A stretch of 64,000 nucleotides of DNA, taken from contig CAWGTX010000007.1 in assembly GCA_963825585.1 (NCBI GenBank), forward strand, positions 1,839-65,838. Direction: 5' to 3'. Below the pieces are notes generated by a model that was given only the letters and a program-made list of their open reading frames with translations, was not told the DNA's origin and searched no databases. Origin of the DNA: an uncultured bacterium. GTDB lineage: Bacteria > Actinomycetota > Acidimicrobiia > Spongiisociales > ZC4RG35. Numbering within the stretch: the first letter of the stretch is position 1; each line of letters opens with the position of its first letter. The position numbers were made by a program, and so were the translations under genes. Of the stretch, positions 38,864 through 48,494 are shown piece after piece.

Positions 38864-39888
38864 GAGGCGACCCGTGCGGGAATGCCGCCCATCTCGACCA
38901 CGCGGTAGCGCTCGGCCAGTTCGGCGGCGAGCGTGCGACGACGCTCGGGCGGGAAGGCAACCCAGATGCGCAACAGGTGGCGCTTGAGGTCCTCGTCGTC
39001 GTAGTCCTCGAACTCGGTACGGGCGTGGAGGATGGCGTGGTTGTTGATGAACTGCATGTCGCCTTCCTGGAACATCATCGACAGGCGCAGCTCGGGTCGG
39101 TTGCACACCTCCTGGACGAAGTCCAGCGCTTCGCGCTGGATGTCGGTGAGAGCGAGTTCCTCCCCGAAGCGGGTCACGGTGTTGAAGTACTGGCGGCTGG
39201 TGACCCGGGAGGTCACCTTGCCGTCGGTGTAGCTGAACATCGCCGAGGTGTACCAGCCCGGGTCACCTTCGGGCTCCTCACCGCGCCAATCGAGGTTGAA
39301 CGGCTGGTAGAGCACCTCGAGCAGGTCGGGGCGCTCCTCGAGGATGACGTTGTGGACCGTGTCCACCGCCACCAGCGCGCTCTCACCGCCGGACTTGGCG
39401 GTGCGCACGCAGAACAACCCGAGGATGTCGACGGGAAGCTGGTCGGCGTGGAAGTCCATCTTGGCGCTGGTCTGATACCCGCGCACCGTGGGATCGTCGA
39501 AGTTCTTCCCCTCGTCCCGCACGTGGCCGAGCAGGTGACCGCGGGTGTTCTGAGAGATCGGGGTGCCAAGGTTGACGGCGATCCCCCAGTAGATCATCTC
39601 GCATTCCTCGACCGTGTAGCGATCACGGGGCACGCCCCGCACCAGGACCATGCATCGGCCGTTCTCGAGCTGATCGGGGATCGAGTCGAGCAATCCGCCC
39701 ATCGAGGGAAGCTGGAAGTCCTCCTTCCCGAAGGGGATGCTCAGGCCTTTGGCCTGGACGCCGCGGAGTGCGGCGTCGATGTCGGCGATGGCGGCATCGT
39801 CGAGGTGGACGATCCAATCGGTGTCGTCCTGAATCTCGGGACCCACCCAAGCGGACGGTCCGCTGAGGGGTGTGCGGCGTACTTCCAT
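38860..39888 (-). CDS. TauD/TfdA family Fe(II)/2-oxoglutarate dioxygenase
   Basis: GPSAWVG, RGYQT, FHAD (HxD), SGGES, GDMQFINNHAILHART, RHLLRIW. Confidence 0.9.
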   Translation of the reverse strand: MEVRRTPLSGPSAWVGPEIQDDTDWIVHLDDAAIADIDAALRGVQAKGLSIPFGKEDFQLPSMGGLLDSIPDQLENGRCMVLVRGVPRDRYTVEECEMIYWGIAVNLGTPISQNTRGHLLGHVRDEGKNFDDPTVRGYQTSAKMDFHADQLPVDILGLFCVRTAKSGGESALVAVDTVHNVILEERPDLLEVLYQPFNLDWRGEEPEGDPGWYTSAMFSYTDGKVTSRVTSRQYFNTVTRFGEELALTDIQREALDFVQEVCNRPELRLSMMFQEGDMQFINNHAILHARTEFEDYDDEDLKRHLLRIWVAFPPERRRTLAAELAERYRVVEMGGIPARVAS

Positions 39889-39912
39889 GATCGACCTCCT
39901 CGGGGTTCTGAC

Positions 39913-39927
39913 ATCTTGCACGATATA
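39913..39927 (+). promoter_or_regulatory. Candidate operator ATCTTGCACGATATA
   Basis: Recurring motif, upstream of the TauD gene. Confidence 0.7.
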
Positions 39928-39957
39928 TGACTGAGAGAGCAGCGGAGCCGCCGATGG

Positions 39958-41139
39958 TCACTTTTTCGTGACCGCACCCAGTCGCTCCACCGGTGTCGCC
40001 GTGAACATGAGCCCACCAAGCACCAACGGGAGGCCGGCCACCACGAAGGCGAGCCCGTACTGGGAGCTGTCGGCCATGAACCCGAGCACGGTGGGACCCA
40101 CGATCCAACCCAGGTCGTTGGCCATGCGGTAGAGACCGCTGGCGAGCCCCTCTGTGCCGGGAGGTGCCATGTCGCCGATCATGGTCGGCAGCGCCACCGC
40201 AGCCATCCCCGCCCCCACCCCGTTGAGGGCCGCAACGAAGGCGATCTGGGCGGTGCCGTTGGCGAGGCCGTAGGCCGCCACCATGAAGGCCGATACGAAC
40301 ACACCAGCCATCGCCACCGGACGCCGGCCGACGGTGTCGGTGAGTCGCCCGGCCACCGCCATGACGAACAGCGACACGATCGAACCGAGTGAGATGATGA
40401 TGCCGATCTGGCCCGGTGAGAGATTCAGCACGTCATCGGCATAGGCGGGGACGAGGACGTTGGTGGCTCCGGCCCTCACGAAGAAGAGGCCGAACGCCAA
40501 CACCATCACCAGCTTGAAGCCACCCAGGGCGAGCAGCGAGCGAATCGGCTTGGCCACCACCTCCTTGGCGGCGTCTTCGACGATGTCATCGGCGATGAAC
40601 CGCCAGCTGGCCACGACGATCCCGAAGGTGATCACGGCCTGCACGCGGAACGGTGCGAAGATCCCGAACCGGTCGGCGACGAGTCCGCCGATCAACGGCC
40701 CCATCGTGTTGCCCAGCAGGATGCCCGATTGGAATCCGGCGGTCGCCTTGCCCAGTTCGGCCTTCTCGGTCATCACCAGCAGGTGCCGGTTCACGGCGGT
40801 GCCGAACATCGACGAGCCAATGCCCTGCATGAGGCGAGCACCCAACAGGATGCCGAAGGCGGGAGCGACCGCCGCCAACACAGCCCCGGCGGTCTGCACC
40901 ACCCCCCCGGCCGTGCACACGATCCGGGAGCCGTGTTTGTCCGAGAGCTTGCCGGAGATGAGCCGCATGCTCATGCGGGCGAGGGCGAAGGCGGTGAGCA
41001 GCGACGAGGCGATGCCTATCCCCACCCCGTAGTGGGCGGCGTAGGCGGGCAGGGTCGGTGCAACCAGGTTGACGCCGATCACGTTGAGGGCGACGAGCCA
41101 GGCTGCCGAAGAGCCGTAGGAGTGTCGTCCCCGTTTCAC
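39958..41139 (-). CDS. MFS transporter
   Basis: About 12 hydrophobic helices; motif A variants GKLSDKHGSR and GRLTDTVGRR. Confidence 0.9.
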   Translation of the reverse strand: MKRGRHSYGSSAAWLVALNVIGVNLVAPTLPAYAAHYGVGIGIASSLLTAFALARMSMRLISGKLSDKHGSRIVCTAGGVVQTAGAVLAAVAPAFGILLGARLMQGIGSSMFGTAVNRHLLVMTEKAELGKATAGFQSGILLGNTMGPLIGGLVADRFGIFAPFRVQAVITFGIVVASWRFIADDIVEDAAKEVVAKPIRSLLALGGFKLVMVLAFGLFFVRAGATNVLVPAYADDVLNLSPGQIGIIISLGSIVSLFVMAVAGRLTDTVGRRPVAMAGVFVSAFMVAAYGLANGTAQIAFVAALNGVGAGMAAVALPTMIGDMAPPGTEGLASGLYRMANDLGWIVGPTVLGFMADSSQYGLAFVVAGLPLVLGGLMFTATPVERLGAVTKK

Positions 41140-41153
41140 GTCGCATCTGCCAT

Positions 41154-41168
41154 ATCCTGCATAATGTA
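41154..41168 (+). promoter_or_regulatory. Candidate operator ATCCTGCATAATGTA
   Basis: Recurring motif in the 40-bp gap between divergent MFS genes. Confidence 0.6.
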
Positions 41169-41179
41169 TTCTCCAGAGG

Positions 41180-42371
41180 ATGGCGGGTGCAATCCGGGCT
41201 CGACCCGTCCAATTCCTCACGGCCCACCCGATGGCCACCGCCGTGCTGTACGTGACGACCGGAGTACTCCCGCTCTACCTGACGAGCTCTCAGATCATCT
41301 CCCTCAACGACGACCTGGGATTCGAGCGCGGCCCGCCTGGGTCTTGCCACCTCGACGTACTTCGGAGTCGGGGCACTCGCTTCCCCCTATGCGGGCAGGC
41401 TGGTCCAGCGCCGGAGCGCCACCTTCGGCCTCCACGCCGGCTCATTGTTCGCGGCGGGCGCCTGCTTGGTCAGCGCCGCCGCTGGGCGATGGTGGCTGCT
41501 TCCGATCGCCACGGCATTGAGCGGCATCTCGAATTCGTTCATGCAGGTGGGATCGAACATCGTGCTGGTGCGAGTGGCCGCCTTCGAACGTCAGGGCGTA
41601 TCGTTCGGCGCCAAGCAGGGCGCCATCCCGCTCGCCAGCATGCTCGCCGGAGTGCTGCTCCCGGTGATCGGCGTCGCCGTCGGCTGGCGCGTCACGTTTC
41701 TGATGGCGGCGGCGCTGGCGTTGATCACCTTCGCCATCGCTCCACCGGTGCCAGGCGCACCCACCCAGGTGGCGCCACCCGCCGTGCGCACGGGGAAGGT
41801 GCCGAGACCGTTGCTGTTCCTGGCGATCGGCGGCGCCTGCGGCGGTGCCGCCGGCAACGCCGTCTCGTTGTTCGTGGTTCCTTCCGCCGTACACGAAGGC
41901 GTCTCCGAGGCGGTGGCGGGCACCATCCTGGCGGTGTGCTCTGCGATGGTGGTCGGTATCAGGATCGGATCCGGATGGTTGGCGGACCGGTCGCGGAGCA
42001 GCGGTCATCGCGAGATGGCGTGGCTGCTCGGTCTCGGGGTGATCGGGTGCTCGACTCTGGCGGTGGTGTCCGGGGTTCCGCTCTACCTGGTCGCCATGCC
42101 CCTCGCCATGATGGGATCGTGGGGATGGCCCGGCTTGGTGTACTTCACGGTGACCAGCACCAATGCCGACAACCCGGCCCGAGCCTCGGGGGTCGTGTTG
42201 GGCGGCAACCTGACCGGCACGCTGCTGGGTCCACTGGTGGTCAGCCAGCTCGCCGAGCGTGAGATGTACCCGGCGGCGTGGGCGTTCTGCGCCGTCATAT
42301 CAGCCGGAGCGATGACTGCCATGATCCTCAGCAATCGCGCATGGAAACGGGTTGGCGCCGCCGCGGTGTGA
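41180..42371 (+). CDS. MFS transporter, frameshifted near 41326
   Basis: Hydrophobic N-terminus (VLPLYL), continuing in another frame with RQGVSFGAKQGAIP, GWLADR, GSWGWPGL. Confidence 0.75.
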
Positions 42372-42400
42372 GCGTCGCTCCCCCCGGGCGACCCGGTGCC

Positions 42401-42415
42401 ATCGTGCAACATATA
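42401..42415 (+). promoter_or_regulatory. Candidate operator ATCGTGCAACATATA
   Basis: Recurring motif, upstream of the cupin-monooxygenase genes. Confidence 0.7.
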
Positions 42416-42447
42416 GGATCGGATCAACACGTAGACAAGGAGCGATC

Positions 42448-42825
42448 ATGGAAGCCGGCACAGAACTGGTCGACCAAGGCACCTACGACCCCGCCGAGTA
42501 TGCCGAAGAGCTCGAGGCAGCCCCCCACAACCTCGACGTGGGCACGTCGATCCTGTTCGAGAACCACAGGATCCGGGTGTGGGACATCATCCTCAAGCCG
42601 GGCGAGCGCGGTCCGTTCCACGCCCACACCCGCAATTACTTCTGGACCGTGGTCGAGGGTTCCCGCGGCCTCCAGCGGTTCGCCGACGGCACCTTCGCAG
42701 TCCGTGACTACCTCGAGGGCGAGACCAAGTGGCTCGAGCACACCCCCGAGACCGCCCTCATCCACGACCTGGAGAACATCGGCAACACCGATCTCCGCTT
42801 CGTCACCGTCGAACTGTTCGACTGA
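42448..42825 (+). CDS. Cupin domain protein
   Basis: AAGGAG RBS; VGTSILFENHRIRVW, PGERGPFHAH, IHDLENIG..LRFVTVEL. Confidence 0.85.
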   Translation: MEAGTELVDQGTYDPAEYAEELEAAPHNLDVGTSILFENHRIRVWDIILKPGERGPFHAHTRNYFWTVVEGSRGLQRFADGTFAVRDYLEGETKWLEHTPETALIHDLENIGNTDLRFVTVELFD

Positions 42826-42835
42826 ACAACGCTTC

Positions 42836-44029
42836 GTGACAGCACCAAGAGTCCTCATCGCCGGCGGCTCGATCGGCGGTCTCACCGCCGGTCTGCTGCT
42901 CGCCGACCTGGGCTACGACGTCCAGATCTTCGAGCGGTCCAGCGCCGCTCTGCAGGAACGGGGAACGGGGATCGTGGTGCTGCCGATCACCGAGCGTTAC
43001 TTCACCGAGAAGGGCGGCGACGACGACCGGCCCAGCCTCGAGCTGACCTACTGGAGCTACATCGACGGCGATGGCCGGATCACCCACGCCGACGCCGATC
43101 ACTTCCGGTTCTCCGGATGGAACACCGTGTACCGGGCGATGCTCGACGTGTTCCCCCGGGAGCGGTACCACCTGGACTCCGAGATGGTGGGCTTCGACCA
43201 ACGAAGCGACGGAGTGACCCTGCACCTCGCCGACGGCCGCTCGGTCGACGGCGACCTGTTGGTGTGTTCGGACGGGATCGCCTCGACGGCACGACGCATC
43301 CTGCTGCCTGATTGCAGCCCGACCTACTCCGGTTACGTCGCCTGGCGGGGCATCACCGACGAACGGGACCTGAGTGCCGAGACACTCGAGACGGTGCGCG
43401 ACGCCATGGTCTATCAGGTGCTCGACCACAGTCACATCCTGGTCTACGCCATCCCTGATCACGACGGTGACGCCACGCCGGGCAAGCGGACGATCAACTC
43501 GGTGTGGTACCGCAACTACCCCGACCACGGCGACGGCTTCGGCTCCTTCGCCGGGCTCATGACAGGCAACGATGGGCAACGGCGCGCCACCACCATGCCA
43601 CCGGGAATCCTGCGTGATGAGTACGTCGAAGAGATGCTGGCTGCCGCCCGCTCCACCTTGGCGCCCCAGCTGCGCGAGATCGTCGAGAAGTGCCCGGGGC
43701 CGCTCGTCCAGGCCATCTACGACCTCGAGGTGCCGCAGATGGCCTTCGGTCGGGTCGTCATCATGGGCGACGCCGCCTTCGGGTTGCGGCCCCACGTCGC
43801 AGCCGGCCAGGCAAAAGCCTGTGCAGACGCCTGGGCGCTCAAGGAGTCGATGATGGAGACGGACGGCGACATCGACGCCGCCCTGGCTCTGTGGGAGCCC
43901 CGCCAGTTGGCCCTGGGTCGGATGGCGGTCGCCAAGACCAGAGGAATGGGGATCCGCTCGCAGATCGAAGGGGTGATGGAGCCAGGCGATCCGGCGTGGA
44001 AGTTCGGGCTCTGGGAGCCGGGCAATTGA
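42836..44029 (+). CDS. FAD-dependent monooxygenase (2,6-dihydroxypyridine 3-hydroxylase-like)
   Basis: IAGGSIGGL, FERS, SDGIAS, YSGYVAWRG, NSVWYRN, GRVVIMGDAAFGLRPHVAAGQAKA. Confidence 0.85.
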   Translation: MTAPRVLIAGGSIGGLTAGLLLADLGYDVQIFERSSAALQERGTGIVVLPITERYFTEKGGDDDRPSLELTYWSYIDGDGRITHADADHFRFSGWNTVYRAMLDVFPRERYHLDSEMVGFDQRSDGVTLHLADGRSVDGDLLVCSDGIASTARRILLPDCSPTYSGYVAWRGITDERDLSAETLETVRDAMVYQVLDHSHILVYAIPDHDGDATPGKRTINSVWYRNYPDHGDGFGSFAGLMTGNDGQRRATTMPPGILRDEYVEEMLAAARSTLAPQLREIVEKCPGPLVQAIYDLEVPQMAFGRVVIMGDAAFGLRPHVAAGQAKACADAWALKESMMETDGDIDAALALWEPRQLALGRMAVAKTRGMGIRSQIEGVMEPGDPAWKFGLWEPGN

Positions 44030-44042
44030 GGAGAGACCAAAC

Positions 44043-45182
44043 GTGATCGTGGAAATCATCGCTGTCGGAACCGAGTTGCTGATCGGTCAGATCATCAACT
44101 CCAACGTCGCATTCATCGGACAACGGCTGGCCGACGAAGGGTTCGACTCGCACTACCAGGTGACGGTGGGTGACAACCTCGACCGACTCTCGTCGGCGAT
44201 CACCACAGCCCTCGGTCGGGCCGACGCGGTCATCCTCACCGGCGGGGTCGGCCCAACCCAGGATGACCTCACCCGCGAGGCGATCTGCGCCGCCACCGGA
44301 CGCGATATGCGCCGAGACGAGGCCCACGCCCAGCGTATCCACGACCGGATCATGGCCCGGCGCGGGTTCGTGGCCGACAGCGTGTTGAGGATGGCGGACT
44401 ACCCCGCAGGTGCCGAACCGCTCCCCAACACCCAGGGAGTGGCGCTCGGTGTCGCCCTGCTCCAGGACGGCAAGTGGATCTGCGCCGTACCGGGTGTACC
44501 CCGTGAGATGTCGGCCATGGTCGACATGGAGGTGATGCCACGACTGAGGGCCGCTTCCGGCAAGGCGGCCGTCATCCGGAGTCGTGTGCTGCATACATGG
44601 GGATACGGCGAGTCGCAGGTGGCCGAGATCCTCGACGACCTCTACGCCTCGACGAACCCCTCGATCGCCTTTCTCATCTCGGACATGGAGGTGAAGGTAC
44701 GCATCACCGCCAAGGCAGACGATGCAGGATCGGTCGAAGCCCTGATCGCCCCGGTCGAGGCGGAGGTCCGGAACAGGCTCGGCGAGGTGGTGTTCGCCAC
44801 CGACGACGAGACCAATCTCGATGTCATCGGGCGCGACCTCGGTCGCCGCCAGGTCGGCGTGTTCGAGGTGGCAACCGCAGGGATGGTCACCCACCGGCTC
44901 AGCGGCGTGATGGGCTTCGCCGGTGGTACCACAGTGCCGATCGGACCTGACGCCGTGGATCTCGCTCGCCGGGCCGTTGCGGTATTCGGCGCCGAGATCG
45001 GACTGGGGGTATCCGAACCGCGGATCGTGGAAGACTCCGGTGAGCAGGCCACCGAAGTCACCTTCGCCGTGGTCACGCCCGACGGGGAGACCAGTCGCGA
45101 CATGCGCTTCTTCGGGACCGGCGAGAGGGCCCGGTCGTATGCGGTGATCGCCGCACTCCACGTGCTCCGTGAATCACTCTGA
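44043..45182 (+). CDS. cinA: CinA family protein (MocF-like N-terminal domain, degenerate C-terminal domain)
   Basis: IIAVGTELLIGQIINSN, VGDN, LTGGVGPTQDDLTRE, PGVPREM, GYGES. Confidence 0.85.
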   Translation: MIVEIIAVGTELLIGQIINSNVAFIGQRLADEGFDSHYQVTVGDNLDRLSSAITTALGRADAVILTGGVGPTQDDLTREAICAATGRDMRRDEAHAQRIHDRIMARRGFVADSVLRMADYPAGAEPLPNTQGVALGVALLQDGKWICAVPGVPREMSAMVDMEVMPRLRAASGKAAVIRSRVLHTWGYGESQVAEILDDLYASTNPSIAFLISDMEVKVRITAKADDAGSVEALIAPVEAEVRNRLGEVVFATDDETNLDVIGRDLGRRQVGVFEVATAGMVTHRLSGVMGFAGGTTVPIGPDAVDLARRAVAVFGAEIGLGVSEPRIVEDSGEQATEVTFAVVTPDGETSRDMRFFGTGERARSYAVIAALHVLRESL

Positions 45183-45263
45183 CCCGGCCGGGGTCGGGGT
45201 TAGAGGCCCGAACGTGAGACAATGAAACAAGGCCGCCTCTCGGCGGCCGGCCTGGAGGCACGC

Positions 45264-45389
45264 ATGGGAAGCAAGGAAAAGGGCGGCAGAAGCACCAAGA
45301 AGGTGGCCGCCAAGGATCTGAAGCAGAAACGAGCCGACAAGCAGGCCAAGAAGGACTCGGTGGCAGGCAAGCCCACCAAGGTCGTTTGA
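45264..45389 (+). CDS. 41-aa Lys-rich small basic protein (not in the ORF track)
   Basis: GGAGG RBS; MGSKEKGGRSTKKVAAKDLKQKRADKQAKKDSVAGKPTKVV. Confidence 0.6.
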   Translation: MGSKEKGGRSTKKVAAKDLKQKRADKQAKKDSVAGKPTKVV

Positions 45390-45437
45390 TGCCGGCACTC
45401 GCCCCGGCGAACCATCGCCGAAACGGGAGTATCTGAC

Positions 45438-45701
45438 ATGGCGCAACGCGGCCGCGAAGGCATGGCGAAACGCGCCCGAGAACGGGCCCGCCAGGAACGC
45501 CAGGAGAACAAGCGGGCCAAACGTGAGCTCGAGCCGGACGAGCAGTCGGCCGAAGCGATCGACGGGCCCGACGAGGCCGCTCTGATGGAGGAGTTCCGAC
45601 TTCTCAGCGAACGTCATGCAGCCGGACAGGTGAGCATTGACAACTACCTCGAAGAGAAGAAGCGGATCTTCGTGGAGCTCGGGTTGGAGTCCGACGACTG
45701 A
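45438..45701 (+). CDS. Hypothetical protein with a basic N-half and acidic C-half
   Basis: GGGAG RBS; KRARERARQERQENKRAKRE coiled segment; coding-like codon usage. Confidence 0.65.
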   Translation: MAQRGREGMAKRARERARQERQENKRAKRELEPDEQSAEAIDGPDEAALMEEFRLLSERHAAGQVSIDNYLEEKKRIFVELGLESDD

Positions 45702-45789
45702 TTCTGGGCGGGACCGGCTCACACGGTCCGGCTGACATCGTGTCGGGTTTGTTCAAGACGCCGGCGCCGCCGTTTCGTAGGGTCGGGTC

Positions 45790-46368
45790 ATGACCGATCC
45801 CATCGAACTCATCGACGCCATGCTCACGGAGGCTCACCGACTCATCGAAGGTGTCGCGCCTGAACACCTGTCCTCGGCGACCCCGTGTGACTCCTTCGAT
45901 GTGCGTGGCATACTCGACCACATGTGCACGTGGGTGGCCGTCTTCGATGGCACCGCCAACAACCGTGCCCTCGACTTCGATCCTGAGTCCTTCGCCCTCG
46001 ATGCCGGATGGTCGGAGTGGTTCGCCAAGGCGGCCTCCGGCATGGTGGCCGGGCTGCGCCAGCACGGATACGACCGCCCCATGGTGATGACCTCCGACCC
46101 CCTCCCCGGGTTCGTGGTCATCGACATGCTCTCGATGGAGTACATCGGCCACGGGCTCGACATCGCAGTCTCGACCGGCCAGGTCCACCGCTTCACGGTC
46201 GAACAGGCCGAGGCCGCTCTGGCCGCCTCGGAGCGCCTGATCCAACCCGAGTATCGCGGCCTCGGGGAGGGACAGTTCCACCCCGTCGTCGCGGTCGCTC
46301 CCAACGCCAGCGCGTTCGACCGGTTCGTGGGGTTCCTCGGACGGGATCCGGGCTGGTCCCCCGCATGA
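45790..46368 (+). CDS. TIGR03086-like DinB/MDMPI family metal-binding protein
   Basis: ATPCDSFDVRGILDHM, EYIGHGLDIAVSTGQ, DRFVGFLGRDP. Confidence 0.85.
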   Translation: MTDPIELIDAMLTEAHRLIEGVAPEHLSSATPCDSFDVRGILDHMCTWVAVFDGTANNRALDFDPESFALDAGWSEWFAKAASGMVAGLRQHGYDRPMVMTSDPLPGFVVIDMLSMEYIGHGLDIAVSTGQVHRFTVEQAEAALAASERLIQPEYRGLGEGQFHPVVAVAPNASAFDRFVGFLGRDPGWSPA

Positions 46369-46391
46369 GACGGTGACCCAGTCCACGTGGG

Positions 46392-47240
46392 ATGATCGTC
46401 GTCGATATGCCCACGGCCTCGACGTCAGAACATCCCGACCACCGGGCGCACCTCACCGGTACGCACGCGCCCACCCCGCCCATCCATCGTTACGCGCCAT
46501 CCGCGCCCCTGGCCGGCCTCATCCGCAGCTTCTGGATCCCTGAGTGGGATCTGGCCCACGGCGTCACCCAGATCCAACGGGTGTTGCAGTACCCGGTGTG
46601 CCTCATGGTTGTCTCCGACCAGTACGCCAGGTTGTACGGCGTCACCACCGTTCTCTCCCAGGTGGAGTTGACCGGGACCGGGTGGGCGGCCGGAGTGATG
46701 TTGCAGCCGGCGGCGGGGTGGCTCATCTGGAATCAGCCGGTCTCCACCCTCACGGACCGCCACGTTCCGCTCGAGTCCGTTCCGACCTTCGACGGTGCCG
46801 GTCTCACCGATCAGATCCGGGCGATCATGGAGACCCGGTCGGTGGTCACCGGCGCCCACCTCGCGGTGACGGCTACGTATGAACGGACTCTCCGCCACCT
46901 GGGCGAGATCGACGACGAGGGGCACGTGATCAATCGCCTGGTGGAGCAGGTCGAGTCCGACCCTCATCTGGTCAGGGTGGAGCAGTTGGCCGAAGCAGCA
47001 GCCATGAGCGAGCGGGCCCTGCAACGGCTGACCCGCCATCGCCTCGGGCTCACACCGAAGTGGCTCATCCAACGCAGGCGCCTCCATGATGCCGTCGAGC
47101 ACCTCAAGACGGGAGAGGTGGCGTTGGCCAATCTGGCCCACACCCTCGGATACACCGATCAGGCGCACTTCACTCGTGACTTCGCCCGAGCGACCGGGCT
47201 CACACCGGGGGCATACCTGGCGACTCAACCGGGGGTGTGA
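46392..47240 (+). CDS. AraC family transcriptional regulator
   Basis: FWIPEWDL...QRVLQYP; SERALQRL..LGLTPKWLIQRRRL; LGYTDQAHFTRDF. Confidence 0.9.
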   Translation: MIVVDMPTASTSEHPDHRAHLTGTHAPTPPIHRYAPSAPLAGLIRSFWIPEWDLAHGVTQIQRVLQYPVCLMVVSDQYARLYGVTTVLSQVELTGTGWAAGVMLQPAAGWLIWNQPVSTLTDRHVPLESVPTFDGAGLTDQIRAIMETRSVVTGAHLAVTATYERTLRHLGEIDDEGHVINRLVEQVESDPHLVRVEQLAEAAAMSERALQRLTRHRLGLTPKWLIQRRRLHDAVEHLKTGEVALANLAHTLGYTDQAHFTRDFARATGLTPGAYLATQPGV

Positions 47241-47320
47241 GCCGTGTGACCTGCCGGACTGCGGTGGTGCCCGACTCTGTGCCGGACACCACCGCGTCCC
47301 CCCCCGGGAAGGAACCGGGC

Positions 47321-48235
47321 TCAGTCCGGCGAACCGGTGTTGGTGAAGGTGAACACCTTGCGATCGCCGTCGCTGGTCTCGATCGTCACATCGAAGGTCT
47401 CGCCGACGGGAGCGCCTTCGAAGAACACCTTCAGGTCCCAGTGACCCGTCTTGCCGACCTCGACCCGGCCGGATCCGTACGGGGAGCCCACCTCGACCAC
47501 GAGCCCGGTGCGGCCGGTCCCGTAGAAGACGTCGTAGGGCGGGTCCTCATCACACGAGCCGTACTTCTGGGCGGCCGAGAAGGCGAGCACAGCCTCTTCG
47601 TCGTCGCCCTTGCCGTCGTCGCCCTTGCCGTCGTCGCCCTTGCCGTCATCACCCTTGCCGTCATCACCCTTGCCTTCATCACCCTTGCCTTCATCATCCT
47701 TCGGCTTCTCGCCCTCGTTGTCGCCGCCTGCCAGCACCACGGTGACCGAGGCCTTGGAGATGTTCCCAGCCGAGTCGATTGCCTTCAGTGTGGCAACGTT
47801 CTGGCCGGGTGAGAGCCACAGAACGATCGACCACGAGCCGTCGTCGGCAACCGTTGCCTCGAACTCGCCCGCGAACACCCGGGCACCGGGCTCGGTGGTC
47901 CCTTCGAACACCACCTCCCTCTGCTCGAACACCTGTCCTTCGGACGGCGACGAGATCACGATCCCGGGGGCGGACGTGTCGACCGGGACCGTGGTCGTGT
48001 TCTTCGGTTCGCTGGTGGTGGTGGTTTCGGGTTTGGTCGTGGTCGTGGTCTCCGGCTTGGTCGTGGTCGTGGTCTCCGGCTTCGTCGTCGAGGTGGTCTC
48101 GGAGACATCGGCCTCCGGCTGCGCCAGGGCCGGTGGCACTGGTTCGTCGTCCAACAGCCCACCGATCTGGGCGGTCGCCATCCCGGCGACAAGCATCACC
48201 GAGAAGCCGGCGAAGAACATCACTGCTCGTCTCAT
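47321..48235 (-). CDS. Exported protein with Thr-rich linker, Ig-like domain, GDDGK repeats and a C-terminal beta domain
   Basis: Signal peptide MRRAVMFFAGFSVMLVAGMATAQ; KPETTTTT repeats; DTSAPGIVISSP..GTTEPGA. Confidence 0.75.
   Translation of the reverse strand: MRRAVMFFAGFSVMLVAGMATAQIGGLLDDEPVPPALAQPEADVSETTSTTKPETTTTTKPETTTTTKPETTTTSEPKNTTTVPVDTSAPGIVISSPSEGQVFEQREVVFEGTTEPGARVFAGEFEATVADDGSWSIVLWLSPGQNVATLKAIDSAGNISKASVTVVLAGGDNEGEKPKDDEGKGDEGKGDDGKGDDGKGDDGKGDDGKGDDEEAVLAFSAAQKYGSCDEDPPYDVFYGTGRTGLVVEVGSPYGSGRVEVGKTGHWDLKVFFEGAPVGETFDVTIETSDGDRKVFTFTNTGSPD
47601..47700 (-). repeat. In-frame 15-bp tandem repeat encoding (GKGDD/E)n
   Basis: About 6-7 copies of TCGTCGCCCTTGCCG / TCATCACCCTTGCCT. 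Confidence 0.9.
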
Positions 48236-48382
48236 CTTCTTCACTCCCTGTTGTTGCGGCACGGTTCGTACCGCGCCTTCCCCCGCCGGGATCCGGTCCT
48301 TCGACCGCGACCCGGGCGCTGATTCACCGCCAGGCCCCGAGCGCCGCCCCAGCGCATCGACACCTGCCATCCACTACCGGCA

Positions 48383-48414
48383 CACTCGTCTGCGGGCGGC
48401 GGACGGTTTACCGG
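48383..48414 (-). promoter_or_regulatory. Candidate ECF-sigma promoter facing the exported-protein gene
   Basis: CCGGTAAACC-N15-ACGAGTG on the minus strand. Confidence 0.65.
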
Positions 48415-48442
48415 TCCGGGAGAAATCATCGAAAAAGCGCTC

Positions 48443-48475
48443 CCGGTAAACCTGGGACGGCCGATGGAACGAGTG
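48443..48475 (+). promoter_or_regulatory. Candidate ECF-sigma autoregulatory promoter
   Basis: CCGGTAAACC-N16-ACGAGTG on the plus strand. Confidence 0.65.
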
Positions 48476-48494
48476 ACACTGAAGACCAAATCAG

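Noticed and set aside
47601-48095. CRISPR array
   Set aside because: The repeats are in-frame coding tandem repeats with no unique spacers, and there are no cas genes.
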